A stretch of 57,167 bases of DNA, filler included, from Sluysia triapertura (GCA_046118255.1; 4 parts of 4 records of this genome joined end to end with filler, not necessarily neighbours in it); one strand, 5' to 3'; positions 1 through 14,444 are shown, counted from the whole stretch's first letter. The notes: a model not told the origin generated them from the sequence alone. Numbers and translations are program-made.

Positions 1-5
1 TATAC

Positions 6-77
6 CAGTGGTGTCAAAGTGGCGGCCCGCGGAGGCAAATCATGCGGCCCGTAAAGCAAAAAGGTTTGACACCACTG
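6..77. mobile_element. 72-bp hAT-type MITE (termini only)
   Basis: Perfect 13-bp TIRs CAGTGGTGTCAAA (6-18) / TTTGACACCACTG (65-77). Internal GCGGCCCG motifs are typical of hAT (Charlie/Buster) subterminal sequence. Right flank TGTTAAAT fits nnnTAnnn. Confidence 0.7.
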
Positions 78-359
78 TGTTAAATATTGATATTAAAAAA
101 TGTCAGTGTAAATTTAACTTTTCTTTCTTTAAAATTTCAAATGAATGTGGAAATTACAAAATCAGATCATATAATGTAAATTTTATTAGAAGACTTTACC
201 TTAAATACTCATTATTTACTTCATACAATCGAAATTTCATTCACTCGACTCTTTCTTTACCTTGGTCATCTTTCACGTACATTTGTTTCGATTACGTGTC
301 GTTAAAAACAACTTTCAACACTTTCAACACATGAATATTGCTCTTAAATGTCGTTCATT

Positions 360-690
360 CTTTATTATACAAACTTCGTTCTACTGTGTAAGTACTCAAA
401 AGCGCTTAAAGTAAATTTTTTACCATAATATTTCTTAAATATTTCATAATCGTCTAGTATACAACCTATAACCTAGCTTGTTATCACTATGGATTTTGTA
501 TAGATTATTATGTCTTGGTTTCCAATTTTTTAAATTATTTCTAAAAGATATCCGGGACTTCCGTAATGTAAGAATTTGTAAATTATTGTCATGATTTTGA
601 ATTCTATTCTTGATTTTATTGATAACCAATGTTCTTCCAACTTGGAGAATTAGTCTTGTTGTTTGATTAATTATTAAGTGTTAAAATCTA
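360..690 (-). mobile_element. 3' fragment of L2/CR1-group LINE
   Basis: Reverse complement aligns by eye to 6350-6710 (CTAATTCTCCAAGTTGGAAGA...CATTGGTT...AGAATAGAATT...ATCATGACAA...CATAATAATCTATACA). Confidence 0.75.
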
Positions 691-1848
691 TGTTGCTAGT
701 TATCAATGAATGAACAGTAATTTTATAATAATGATAATAATAATGTGACTTTTGTAATTGTCTATAAAAATAGAATAAAAGCAGAATAATTAGTACAAAA
801 TAATGAATTAGTTAATAATGGAATTTAATGTAATACTTATTATTAATAATATTAATATTATCATTGCTATTATGATTATATTTATAATAAATTTCATGAT
901 AAATTTATAGTTTACGAGTTTCATATTACAACCTATTCAAGATATCAAATGGTAAAGTTATTTTATGAGTAAAATGTATTTGTGTTTTATTATTATAAAA
1001 CTGATATTATTTTGTTTTTCAATATGCTATACATAAAGCATTGTAAATTTTTAAAATTGTAAAATTTAAAATCATTTTCATATTCAATTTTCATTGGTTG
1101 AATAATTTTATCATAAATTGACAAAATTATGATATTGAAAACATCTTAATAATCTTAAAATAAATGAAAATATGTATCGGTAATTTTGAAAGAATATTTC
1201 TATAATTTGAAAAGGAACAGGGATAAATTGGGAGGGGTGGTTAATGACGATAAACAAAAATTTTCAAAAAATTAAATTTTCAAAAATGAAAAAAATTATC
1301 ATCAACAAACTGTATTGTATATTGTATGGTTGTTTATAATCTATAATACTTTAGTTCTTAGAAACATATTACAAATATTCTGATGTCCGTCGCATGCGGT
1401 TTAGGATTTAGTTGTAGTTAGTTATTTCATATTTCAAGTACAGTCGATTGTACTGTATATGCTGATATAGTATAAAAACGGTTAACTCTCCTACACACAA
1501 TTGGATAAACGTGAAATTTTAAGAGACAAAATTACTAAAATCACATTGGAATAGTGGAGGTAAACGTTCTTCGATCAGGGGATCAAAGAGTGTACACGAA
1601 AAAATAATTAAATTATGATATTAAAAGGAAAATTGGCTATAATATCATAGAATGTATAAAGAAATTGACTATACAATAGAAATTAATATATAGAAATATT
1701 AATAATGAAAGTGAACTTAGAATTATCGATATCCAATTGTTGAGGTGATATTCGATTATTATTACTATTATTATAATCATATTAATATCGATATCTGAAT
1801 CGATATTAGAAATAATATTATCGACAGTTAATTTTCTAAAGTGATGAT

Positions 1849-1921
<73 letters not shown>

Positions 1922-1931
1922 TAATAATAAT
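1849..1931. repeat. (AAT)n microsatellite with GAT interruptions
   Basis: Direct reading. Confidence 0.95.
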
Positions 1932-2039
1932 CAATTTATATTCTAAACTCACCTTCAATGATAGAGATTGAAGTGCTGCTAATAATGATAATAATAATAC
2001 TAATAATATTATTATTAATTTCTTTGGTGGTCCATCTAA

Positions 2040-2433
2040 AAGTGATAGAAAGAAGAAAACATCATTGAGAAATGACAGATATTTGGTGAAACTTTCTACG
2101 ATGAATCGTAAAGCTACCAGTATGACTTTGCAGAAGTAGTTAGAGACTTGCGGAATTCATGTTAGTGCCAGAACAGTTAGGAGACTTGTAGACAATGGTT
2201 TGCGAGCGAGACGACCCAGGGATGATCAGTAAAGGGTTGGCATGGGCTAAGCAACTCCAAGATCTGTGTTTTGGTGACTAGTTGCCATTTCAAGTCCACC
2301 TTTGTAAGAAATAGATCTAATAAGGAGTTTCATAGAAACATCCAACTTTTGATTAATAATTTCAAAGTATCCTTGAAAAATGTTGAATTTTATCACAAAG
2401 ATGGTCTTTATTCTAATAATTTGGCCATCACTG
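2040..2433 (+). mobile_element. Truncated Tc1 transposon derivative (right TIR present)
   Basis: Homologous to 5081-5611 (GATATTTGGTGAAACTTTCT, GCCAGAACAGT, GGTTTGCGAGCGAGACGAC). Ends CTAATAATTTGGCCATCACTG followed by TA. Confidence 0.8.
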
Positions 2434-2454
2434 TATATTTTGCTAATCTATTAT

Positions 2455-2785
2455 AAAAGAGCTACTCAAAAAGTCATCATTCATTGTAAAGTTTCTGAAA
2501 CATAAAAAAACTTTGTCTTCGAAAATAAGATTAACATTTATCTTTTAACATTCTCTGGTAGCTGGTTGTATATTCTTGAAACATAATTATCTTACTATCA
2601 CTGTGGATTCTGTATAAATTATTATATCTTAATTACATATTTTATCCTAAAGATATTCGGTACTTCTATAATATAATAACTTATAAATAATTGTCAAGAT
2701 TCTACTCTTGTTTTTATTGGTAACCAATGTACTTCTTTAAGATAAGGTTTTATATGAAATCTTCTTGCTTGGAAATATAAATCCA
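2455..2785 (-). mobile_element. 3' fragment of L2/CR1-group LINE
   Basis: Same family as 360-690 and 6350-6710 (TATCACTGTGGATTCTGTATA, CTTGTTTTTATTGGTAACCAATGTA). Confidence 0.75.
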
Positions 2786-4282
2786 GCCAACCCTGCTTAA
2801 TATGAACAGAGTTTAATATGAACATTTAAGTCAAAAATTATTCAAAAACCATATGGTTTTTATGGAAAATTGAGTTTTGTTTAAATATTCATTTTTAATT
2901 GTCTTTTATGGACATGAAAGATACAAATCCAAAACGAAAGAGAAAGGATTTAAGAAACAGAAATTATTTGTTGAAGATAAAGGTTGTTTTCAACGCTTTC
3001 TTCCTATGAAATCTAGAGACTCCACTTTGAAGTCAAACTTGAATACCAAACAGAAAAGAAAATCACATTTACGTAGCGGATATCAATTTGATGTTATCTT
3101 GTATGAATGGTTCCAGATTCAAGAAACAAGAAATATCAGTATGAGTGGTGATATATTGCAACAGAAGGTATTAGAATTAGCACAGCACTTAGAAAATCAT
3201 GATTTTAAAACATCAAACGGTTGGCTTAATTGTTTTCTTTCCAGGCATGTGATATCGTCCAAAAGAATTATTGGAGAATCAAAAACCGTGGATGAAAGTT
3301 ATATTCTTAATTGTATATGTCTAAGTTAAAAGAATATGAAATGTTTATAATTGTGACAAAACCGGACTATTCTGGAAATGTTCATTAAACAGAACATATA
3401 CAATTTCTAAAGAGGATAAGACAAATGGTAAGTTTTCTAAAGATCGAATTACTATACTATTGGCAGTAAATATGCTAGGGGCAAAGTTAAAGCCTTCAAT
3501 GATAAAAACCTCGTTGTTTTTATACAGAAAAACTACCTCTTTATTACCATTGGAATACAAAGTCTTGGATGATGTTAACAATCTTTCAAGATTGGTTAAA
3601 GAAAAGCAGAAAATTTTATTATTATTAGACAATGCACTTATTCACCCAAAAGACTTTGAATTGAGCAACATAGGATTACTCTTTTTTCCATTTCTTATTC
3701 AACCTCTTGACCAAAGTATTATAAAACGTTTTAAAGACTATTATAAGAAGTTTTTGAGCAAGTTGATGAATTTTAATTTAGATAATAATGTTACACAATA
3801 GATATGGTGCAAAAAGGTTGATATGTATCAAGCAGTGGTTTGGATTTCGAAAACAAGCTACTAACTCTAATTGTTTTACCAAATCTTTCAAAAGAAGTGA
3901 ATACTGAATGTGATGATTTTCCATGTTTTGAGATTAATCCAAAATTTGATGAACATCTCTTATTTGATCTAGTAGAGAAGTATGAAAAAGAGGAAACAAA
4001 TGATAATTCTGTTGACGAGGTAGAAGATGCAATAATGAGTATGCAAAAAAAGACTTGAAAATTTCTTTCAAATATTCCTGATAAGATGAGCAAAATATGG
4101 TATCTGATTGATGAAATTCAAGAAGAATAAAAGCATCTAGGCAATTAGAAATCACAGACTTTATTTGGTATCCAAGAAATAAAAATTATAATAAATACAA
4201 TTTTTCTGGAAATCTTTGTTATTGTTATGTTAATGGATGTTCATATTATTTTTTACTATGAACATTTGAATGGGGTTGACAA
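2784..4282 (+). mobile_element. Degenerate Tigger/pogo (CENP-B-like) DNA transposon
   Basis: ORF 2877-3329 has the CENP-B HTH (LYEWF...SGDILQQK...FKTSNGWLNCF). YNCDKTGLFW matches the FNADETGLFW motif. ORF 3460-3801 has the DDE_1 motifs LLLLDNA..HP and IQPLDQSII. Frameshifts and stops present; ends are degenerate. Confidence 0.9.
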
Positions 4283-5080
4283 TATCTAAGCCTGATTAGA
4301 ACACAAATATTCAATTCTAGTTGGTTAGCAGGACCACTAAAATCAATTTTCTTATTTTATCGATATAGATAAACAACACATCATCAAAGTACACTCATTC
4401 GTTTTGATTAATTAGTTTTACATTATACATTATTTTCTATCTTTAATTTTAAAATAATATTCTGTAACACTGTATTTCCTCCTACACACATCAATTTAAC
4501 TTTTGATATGATTAAACATGTATAAATTGCATACCGTGCGGGTCCATTGGATTCAAAATAACAATGTTAATTTTTTCATTAATACTAATCTTACAAAAGT
4601 TTGATGTATACCTATTCATGCCATCAGCGGTACCTATAAAAACATCATATATAAAATTAAAAGTCACATTATGAAATAGTGAAAAACAATACAATTTCAT
4701 AATATTTTTTAAAGTAAAAACTGAAAACGGTCGTGGTACGTTTAGTGTAAAACAGATTTATTTATAAAGTTAGAAAGTCAAAACAATTTCCGTGTAACAT
4801 ATTACTAGAAAATAACTAGTGAAATTTATACGCGGATCCATTGATAAAAAGAAGGTTATTTCTTTGTTAAATCTTTTGGAATTAATTAAAATAATAACTT
4901 TTTACGTTATTCGCACTAATCATAAATTTTAAAAGCACAACTTTTCCAAAAATACTAATTTAATTTAAAATTATCTTATAAGACGTTTTCAAGACTTAAA
5001 CTTAAACACTAAAATTGTATAAAATGTCTGAAAAAGCTCTAAAATAATGATTATATTAAATTTGGTATTCGAAATAATTA

Positions 5081-5611
5081 CAGTGGTGGCCAAATTATTA
5101 GACTGATTAAGAAAAAATATATTTTTCTTTGGTTTTCTTAATATTTGCTCATTATTGAATGTCTAAGATACGAAATATTTTATTTATAATATATACCAAA
5201 TGCGATATATAATGTAGCTAAGTTCTAAATCGCGAGAAATGATAAATATTTGGTGAAACTTTCTATGATGAATCATGAAGCTACCAATATGACTTTTCAG
5301 AAGCCTTTCATGTTATTGCCAGAACAGTCAGAAGAAGACTTGTAGATAATGGTTTGCGAGCGAGACGACTCAGAAGAAAGCCTAAGTTGACATCAGGGAT
5401 GATCAGTAAAAGGTTGGCATGTAATAGCAACACCAATATTTAACTGAGGATGACTGGAGTCATTTGTGTTTTAATGACGAGTCGTCCTTTCAAGTATTGG
5501 ATGGCAAGACCACCTTTGTAAGAAGGAGACCTGATGAGGAGATTCACCCTGAAACATCCAGCAGCAGTAATGGTCTGGTCCGTCTTTAGTCTAATAACTT
5601 AGCCACCACTG
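5081..5611 (+). mobile_element. Internally deleted Tc1 element with both TIRs and TA TSD
   Basis: 24-bp TIRs CAGTGGTGGCCAAATTATTAGACT / rc CAGTGGTGGCTAAGTTATTAGACT (2 mismatches), TA on both sides. Remnant peptides ARTVRRRLVDNGLRARR..KPKLT, WSHLCFNDESSF and VMVW. Confidence 0.92.
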
Positions 5612-5639
5612 TAGGTTTGTTAAAAATAAAATTATGGAA

Positions 5640-6712
5640 GTTACTGAGATTATGTATAAAAATAGCATTGTTTTGTTTAACAGAAACTTGGAACAAAAAT
5701 AATAAAATAATTAATTTGGTATTTGTTTTAAATGGATATTTGCCGAGAAGGGTCAAATGGTGATGATATTGATGTTGTAATAAATAATCAAACAGGTGCC
5801 AAATTAATTGACATTGTTCAAGTTACATATCAATCATTTGAACATTTAGAATTAAATATTAGTGATACTAATAAACCATTATTATTAATTCAAGTAATTC
5901 AATTAAAGAATTTTTAGATGTATTTTTATAATTATTTGGATATTATTTTGGAAAAAGTCAAAAAGTTTTAAGAACAGGAAATTTTAATATAAAAATATAA
6001 AAATATAAAATTACTAAATACCGTTTGAAATTTAAATGTCAAATGTTGGAATATATTAGATTTATTAATAATCCATATTGATAGTAATATTGTTACTGAT
6101 ATAAAAGTGAATGAACTATTAGATATATCTGATCATTATTTATTTACTTTTATAGTAGAATTTAAGATTACAAACAGTATTATTAAATCAAATGAATGTG
6201 ATGAAAATTAATGATGATTTAATAAAGATTGTGTCAGAAATATCAAAACAGTTCTATTGACCCAATATCAACCAAACTTCTCAAAATTAATTCAGATTCT
6301 TCAAAATTATTCCGTTTTTATTGAAAATTATTAATAATTCATAATATAATTTCTCCAATTTGGAAGATCACATGTAACACCTTATCTTAAGGAATTACAT
6401 TGGTTGCCAATAAAAGCAAGAATAGAATTTAAAATCATGACAATTATTTATAAAATTTTGCATTACAGAAGTCCTGAATGTAATAAAAAATTGGAAACCA
6501 AGATGAATATTTCATTGAGACATAATAATCTATACAGAATCCACAGTGATAATAAGCTGTTTCAAAAATGTGCAACGAGTTACCAGAGAATGTCAAATAA
6601 CTGGAAGATTAAGAAATATTAAAAAAAGGCAAAGTTCTTTCTGTTTCAGAAATATAGTGGCGATTTATTTTAAGTGCTTTGGAGTGCTTACTTTGCAGTA
6701 GCAATATAAATT
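5640..6712 (+). mobile_element. Deleted L2/CR1-group LINE: APE endonuclease remnant joined to ORF2 C-terminus and 3' end
   Basis: CLTETW (~5675) and ISDHY (~6125) are APE motifs. HVTPYLKELHWLPIKARIEFKI (~6380-6440) is the L2/Crack C-terminal motif. The RT core is missing. Confidence 0.85.
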
Positions 6713-6721
6713 AATATATTA

Positions 6722-7429
6722 TAATATTCTCAAAGTTTCGCAAGTCTTTCCAATCACATGAAGTCACTTGAGGCGACGAAGTTCCGTTGATTGATACTCT
6801 GTTCATTCCTGTAAGATTGCTACCATTTCTTACTTTAGGAAACCAAACTCTGTTTTGAGATTTATAACGAGCAGTTATATTCGATTCATTATTTGAAGAC
6901 TCAGTGTATGATCAGATTTTTATTATGAAAACTGACATTTTGAATAGAATTAATTCTGAAGTTTTCGAATATTTCTAATCTGTTCCTTTGGGTCTTTTAT
7001 TAGCAGCCACAGCTTGATTCTGTTTAGGTTTGCTATCACTACTAAAGTTTAAACTTGAATTTTCTACACATCTCCCAGATTGTCCATAATCATTATCATA
7101 ATTAGAAATAGATAGCATAAGATTCAACGCTTCATCATTTATATTGAATTAAGCGATGTTAGCATTCTTTTTTGAATTCCCGATATTATTTAACATTTCT
7201 TGATTATATTTTGTGTTGGAATTACATAATATATCTGAGATGCGTATCATTATTAGTTTTCGAAACAGTTTCAGTATGTCTATTAGTAGAATAAGAGTAG
7301 ACATTATTCATCACATTTTACAATATCACTATCATCATTAAATTTTCCAGGTGTTCTACGAGTACTGGATAACAAAGAATTTGGATTTTCATTATCATTT
7401 TGATAATCGTCCCAGCGACTACGATCCAT
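6722..7429 (-). pseudogene. Decayed intronless Asn/Ser-rich ORF of unknown origin
   Basis: Begins MDRSRWDDYQNDNENPNSLLSSTRRTPGKF. Long readable stretches are broken by a few stops and frameshifts. Confidence 0.4.
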
Positions 7430-10049
7430 GAATTATGAGGATTTAGAAAATTGTAAGATTTTATAAAAATGTTGGCAACATAGAATTTTTAAATATTCAA
7501 ATACATATATTTAGAAAATCAACATCTATTTTTTTCTTCAAATATTCTTCAAAGTTTGGTTAAAATTAGCATCAATTTTTATTTGTTGAGATTGATTATC
7601 TAATTTTTATAAATTGTAAAATTTTAATGTGCATGTGATTGGCCTGGCAGCCAACACAAATTTTAATATTTAATGGCCTGGAAGCCATTTTGATTTTTAA
7701 AGCATAAATGTCCATTATAATTCCATAATTATAATTTTCATTATTAAAATTTATTTTCATTATATTATCACGAAAATAAAGTTCAATGTATACACTAAAT
7801 ACATATTCATAAATTTTGACAAAATAGAAATAAAAGCATTCGGCTATTTAGCATTTATTTATTCTTTCTTTTTCTTTGAATTACATTAAATCTTTATTCA
7901 AAATTTGCATATATTAGCATAATTCTTTTCCTTATTGTTTTTTGCTTTGTGTGATAAACATGATCTGATATAATGTTTTACATTTATATTAGGTTGATCC
8001 TGAACAGTGTTAAAATATGATAATGCTTTATGAGTAGAGTGACTTTCTATGGTTTGGTTCTTCAATATGGATAGTATACATTTAAATGTTGTAAATTAGC
8101 CTAACTTTTGAAAATATTTCAGTGTGATGTGCATAATCTTTGATGATCAACTGACGATTTAAAAGGCAGAATTAAGAAATGTTTATGTTGTGTGTTGAAT
8201 GTGTGATGTTCGGATTTGTAGTTATATGCTACGAGTATGTATAATAAGTTGATTTTAAAGTTGCATTATGTTAAATTGTAAAATGTAGATGTTGAATTAC
8301 TTTGTGTTTTTTGCGAGTATTGTTGTAAAAGATAAATTTAGTAAGGTGTTTACAATAATTTGTGAGTTTTGTTTTTGTCCACCATAATTGAACAATATGA
8401 AAATGAAAGGAAATAGTTTAAAAACTTTCAACCTAATAACAATGATGAGAAAGCAAAATTATATTCAATATTTGATATTTTATGATGAAGCATATTTCTT
8501 CAGTTTTCAGATTTATTAAATTTGAATTTCCATAGCCTGTGATACTTTTGATCATAAATCTAAATCAATGTTCTATTTCTGTTATTGAATTTTAATAAGT
8601 TTGGTATTTTAATTATATTGTCATATTCGAAAACTTAAAACCCATAAGTTTTTACAAATTCATTATCTTTATCTGAAATATCCGAATTCATCGTTTCGAT
8701 CATGTCAATTATGCTTTGATGATTTTATATAATCACAAAAATGATCAAGTTCACAAAAATAAACCGATGTTAAACAATCAGAAATAAAGTCAAAATGATA
8801 GAGTCATAATAAAATGATGAAAATAGTGCACTTTAACGAATATAAAGGGAAAATATAACAATGTGCAATTAATTTTCTAATGAAGTCTGACTGCAATTAC
8901 GAAATATTCTTTGATATTGAATTCTTTGTCACTCTGTATTCTTGAGGTCTTATATCGGTCTCCGTATTCTTATTCTTGAATTGGTTAAGTTTCAAATAAT
9001 GCATTTGTGATTAATAATGAAATCTACAATATAGACAAGTGTTAAATAATATAATGCAAGATTACACAATAATAATAATAATAATAAAATATTGATTTTG
9101 GAACAGTGCACTTCTAGTCATACTTTCAAACGTTCTCAATTTACCATGATATTTTAAATAAGTTACTCTAGAAAGAGTGTTCATTGTTGTAAATTCGGGT
9201 AAATGACTTTATTTGTCGAAGGTGAACAAACTTTGATTGGTAAGCTACGAAACTTTTAATTATTTCGAAAGACTGCACTGTCGAATAATGACAATGATTT
9301 TGATTATGGTGCTTAATCGGAAAATCTTCGAAAAACCAAAATAAGCTAGAATAAATCTATGTATGCAGATATTAATTCATTAAAGTAATTAAGGGATGTT
9401 TCGTTTTCTAACTGAAAATAACGAACAGTTGCAATACTTCGCCATTTTAGAACTAATTCTCCAATACTAAATTCTTAAATTTTTTAAAACGTCCAAGAAT
9501 GTATCAAGCTTCAATCTTGTGCACATATATTTATGTTTTTCTTGATAATTGGCTAAAGAATTTTGTTCTTATTTTTGCGTATTATAGATACAATATTACT
9601 AGGATGGTTTTCTATTGGGTTTATTGTAATATAAAATACATCTGGGCTAAAATGCCAAGTCTAAGGGTAAACTAAGATTTCCAGTCAATATAATAGGTGT
9701 CATGCATCACAAATAACTGCAATTAGTGCATTAGCTACAAATGAACCATATTGAAATATTAATTTCATTTTCTTTTTTATCTTCGTTTTTATCGCTACTG
9801 CGCAGATTATGTTGCGATGGGAGACGAAAATTTTTTACATCTATATCTTTGTACAGTAATTAAAAGTGTATTATATTTTCTGTTTCGAATTTTAAGATTT
9901 TGTTTTGTAAAGTCTTGTGTTACATAAGGGCCATGGTTTTCTGATCATATAATCCACTTTTCATTAAATCTTCAATTGTTTTGAATTGAATGTTATGATC
10001 CAAATTCGTTAATTCGAAACTTTTAGGATCTGAAAAAAGTGAAGAACAA

Positions 10050-13000
10050 TAAACCTAAATGATATCGAAAATAAGTAATCTAGTAACTGGCTCCATATTT
10101 ACCGATTTACCTAATAATTCATGAGAACATACATTTGTTTATTAATACTTCAACGTGTATTTGAATATTTGTAAGACTTTTTCCGTAATTATACTAAATG
10201 AACCTTTTCCTAGAAATTATATTTGGATTTATACTTTATTCCATTTTTGTTCTCAAATTCTCTATTCAATTTACAATCATTTATAAGTCTTCAATTTGCC
10301 GTAGTTGGTGATGGTACAAAAAATCTGCTTTATTGCTAAAATGAGTAGCAAAACTAACATCGGTTTTATGTAAAATAGAATGTCACGTCGCTCTATTGGT
10401 TCAATATTGGAAACCATAAATCTAGATTCCATTTTTGTGGCCTTTAATTGGATATCTATTAGTTTTAGATTTATATTGAGGAAAGGTTTTATCTTATATT
10501 TATATTTTTTTAATGCATTTAAAATGATTATGACTCTGTGGATGACTGTGAAGAATAAGAGTATGCAAGTGGAAATAAAGTGATTCTGTCAGGACGTCAA
10601 GAAATGTTTCGTATAAATACTTATAATAGAAGTTTATAATGGATTCTATCGAGATCATACAACTTCATTATGACTAATTGATTATCGTAATAATCTATGG
10701 TGTTCAATTTTATTCCGTAATACTCTTTTCGAAGTAGCACTTGAAACCAATCAATTTAAGAAGTTTATACTTCCGTGTTGACACGAATTACGAAGAGCGC
10801 ATCTTTATAATAGGAATTTTTGTTAAGAAATAATTTATTTTTACAATGTTTATCCCAAACATAACACAACATTTACATTCTCATTAATGTAACAGTTTTC
10901 TCATCAACATTTTCATTTAATTTGATCATTATTTTTGATGCTTCCACACTAAATTCATCATAAATTTTTTTAAATGGGACTCCATCTTATTTTTCGTATT
11001 TATAGTTCTTTTGCCTTTACATCTCAATTAACCAATGATGCAACAGTGACGTAACTGTTAATGGTTATGTCGATTATTTATCGACAGGGCCACGTTTGCT
11101 ATAGTAGAAATCAATTTAATATTATTACTAGTATTTTTATTATTGTTATAATAAATTTAATAAGTACGCATAAATTTTACATATTATTTGAATTAGAATC
11201 AAATTTTTCTTCCAATCTGAAAACTTATAAAGCTCGTTTTGAACAATAACATGGTATAAATCTAGATAATATCTGCCAGATATATTTTTCTTTAGTGATC
11301 CTCTTACACTTTCGCTTGATGCTTTGACGTAATTTCGACATACACTTATGAAATAGCTCAAATATCAACGTAACTGCTTTATCATGATGTCTATCACCAA
11401 AATGATCAAATGTCGCCATTTCAGTACTTTTAGATCGAAATACAACTTATGTTTTTATTAACACAGCCAACAAGTACAGTTTTACTAAATTTCTATAAAC
11501 TTCTATTGTTCCACGAAATCCATTATTTTCTATTTTAATTTAATAGTTTGCTTGTTATTCAGTGTGCATCAATTTTTCAATCTTATAATAATTTTGGGAG
11601 TTTAATTAAAGTTTAATTGGTTTATAATTGATTAGGGTTTTAGTAATTGTCAATTTATCACTTATATTCTTAGCAATTATCACAAATATTTCATATATTA
11701 ACAAATTGTTATCATTATTGGTTTGGTCAAGTTTATTTATATAAGTAATATTCATTTTTTTGTTCAACGGTAAATTGGGGAGGATAATTTCATCACATAA
11801 ACACATAAAATAAGACATGAAAATTTTATATATACGCACTAAAAAGAATAATAATGAGGACCACATAAAAGAGCAAATGAAATTATACTTCTTACTTTAA
11901 TTTGATTTTAATTCTTTGGTGTGCTTTTATCCATCCTTGGTGGGGTAAATCCTTGACATGACGATTGTATAGCAGCAATTGGTACCGATTGCTCATTTTA
12001 TGTGAAACGTATTGATCAGTAGCATGAATTAATTTATCTTTAATGGCAGCATTGCTTAATTTATTTGAATCACATCGAACGCAGCATCACTTAATTTGTA
12101 TTCTACATGATTTATTTGAGTTACATAGATTACTTAAAATTCTCAAATAATTCTATAAAAATGTTTTTTGCCAAATGAGCGAAAAATTTCCATCAAAGAA
12201 AGTATTGTTTCCCGTTTCAGTTTGAATAGCTGATATCTTTCTGTATTTTTCAACTTTATTCTCCACAATAAATTTCTTTAATAGATGCGTCCATTAAATC
12301 AGAAAAATAATAATTCAAATTGTTCTTTAGGTAAAAAGCTATGTTTGCGACTAAAATAACGTGATAAATCGTATTTTGTAGGTGACCGGTTAGTTAAATC
12401 ATCTTTAATCTCTTTAACTGAAGTTGGTGGTGATTTCAATGAAGGTAACAGTTGGTTCAATAAAGAAACTTGCCCTTTATTATCTACATTCGAATTCTAT
12501 TCGCTTCTTTTCTTGAATTACTTTTGTCTGCTATTTCTGTGATTACAATTTTCTTGATCGGCTTCCAATAGTGCATAATCGAATTTAGGACTGTTAGTTG
12601 AAAATTTCGTTTTTGGTTTTATGATTTTCTATTTTGTAAATTTATTAGATTAACTTTATTATTTTGATATTTATCTTAAAAATCGAATGGGTTTTCAAGT
12701 AATACTTCAATATTACTATCAAATTCACTTTGAATTCCTATTAATTTATCAGAATCTTTGATCAAATCAAGAATTTTTTATTTATGTAACAAAAGATAAA
12801 CGAAATTAGTTCTGCGTAGTCGCTTGCATTTTGTGTCTTAAGTTGTGGCAGAAAGTGATGTTTTCTTTAATTTCGTATAGTAAAATTTTAAATAATAGGT
12901 TTGAACCACCATCACAATAGTAAACTGAATTTTCGATTTCGACAGGGGAATCTTTCTTACTATAATAAACATGATCGTCTATTAAAGTATTAGCACATCA

Positions 13001-13760
13001 ATCTTAAAAGTACCGATTGGTTCAGTTTTTCGTAAGGAATCTAGTTGTGACTTTGAATTTGAAATTGCTCGATCAGCACATTACAATTCAGTTGTTCAAT
13101 AAGGAGAAAGAGTGGGAAGAGGAAAATGAAAGGAAATAGAAAACTCGATTACAGAAATTTCAATGTTATGTTGGTTATTATTTCTGGTAATTTTTGAGTT
13201 TTAAAGGTTTGACGTGTTAAACTGTTTGGATATTTAAATGATTTTGTACTTAATTTAATGTTTAGTGTTGTACATGTGGTACTTATTTTTTTTGTAGGTG
13301 TGATTTGTTTCGTAACTCTGATCGAATCGGCTCCTTACATCAATCTAACAATGGTTGAATTATAAATTTATTTCTCTGATCATGATTGAAATTTGGAAAA
13401 GCGTTTAAGTCTACTGCTTCAAATCAAGAACATACTGAGTCACCAATTCATTTGTTCATAATATTGTGTTGCGAAATTTTCTACCATTTGGAAATTAAAT
13501 CTGTCCATTCTGTAAGTTTTTCTTCTGTTGTATTGAGGTAACTATCTAAAGCTTTCCCTCGCAAATGAAATGGCAATCTCTCACAATCGAGCCATAAATT
13601 TTGGAGCTTATTTGATATTATTGAAGAACTATGATAAAGTAAGTGGGTTCCTATCAACAGAATCCAACAGAAGAATGCGGTTATCATTTGCAACCACTCT
13701 ACTCGAGCACTGTTGTTCGTTCATTCTGCTGCTACATATTTTGCAAACTCAAAATAGCTA
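10050..13760 (-). mobile_element. Heavily degenerate Ty3/Gypsy gag-pol
   Basis: Gag-like RLPFHLRGKALDSY..W.DL (13481-13693). RT-like YFSDL...RKISAIQTETG (~12200-12310). PKN..VRSII...CGPHYY (~11850-11920) resembles PKN..VRSFLGLCGYY. Integrase zinc-finger remnant DHFG...VCRNYVKA (~11300-11420). GPF-like KGSF (~10200). Domain order is RT-RH-INT. Confidence 0.65.
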
Positions 13761-14441
13761 TCTTTTTTGAAAAAATTATCAAAATGACAAAATCCCGAAA
13801 TTTATAATTATTTAATGAATAATAATTAAAAAATACTAAGCAATGTTGAAAACGTAGAAATTATTTTATTTACATTATAATAGTCAAAATCACTTCATAT
13901 GTACTTAAATTCGTCGTAAAAATAGTCTTTAAAAACATGAACTTATCGTAAAGTAATAGCCAAGTCCTTCCAAAAATATTACGATTAAATGAATAATAAA
14001 AGATATACGAACTAAAGCTGAATAATTCATTTTCTAATGCAAAATGTTATGTGACAAATATTATGTACTCACAAATATTATAACTAAGTAGTCTATGCTA
14101 AATAATATCACTTAAAAATAATGTTAGCTTAGATACTACTACACACTGAAATTTCCTATAAAAATTAAACAAAAATGACAATAACTTAAATAATCAAAAT
14201 CACATTAGGAGCGAATATCACACTTTATATTGCTTTATGTGCGAATACTTTCTGGTGGTAAGTCTAAATTCGATTATGGTAAACTTGCAGCTGAATTACT
14301 GTAGAAAAATAAATTGCGTTAGTGTCGAAATTGACTTGCTGCCGGAAATTAAATTGTGAAACTATTAATTTTAATAGTTGATTTATATTATTCGTAAAAG
14401 GCAACTTTTTACGTTCCGTAAATTATTTTTAAAATACTAAA

Positions 14442-14444
<3 letters not shown>

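Noticed and set aside
8-334. 108-aa ORF and many other short F/I/L/N/K-rich ORFs
   Set aside because: Expected by chance in AT-rich DNA; no motifs, often non-ATG starts.
5531-5556. Hammerhead ribozyme core CTGATGA...GAAAC
   Set aside because: It lies in Tc1 coding remnant (RPDEE), lacks the C before GAAA, and has no convincing stems I/III.
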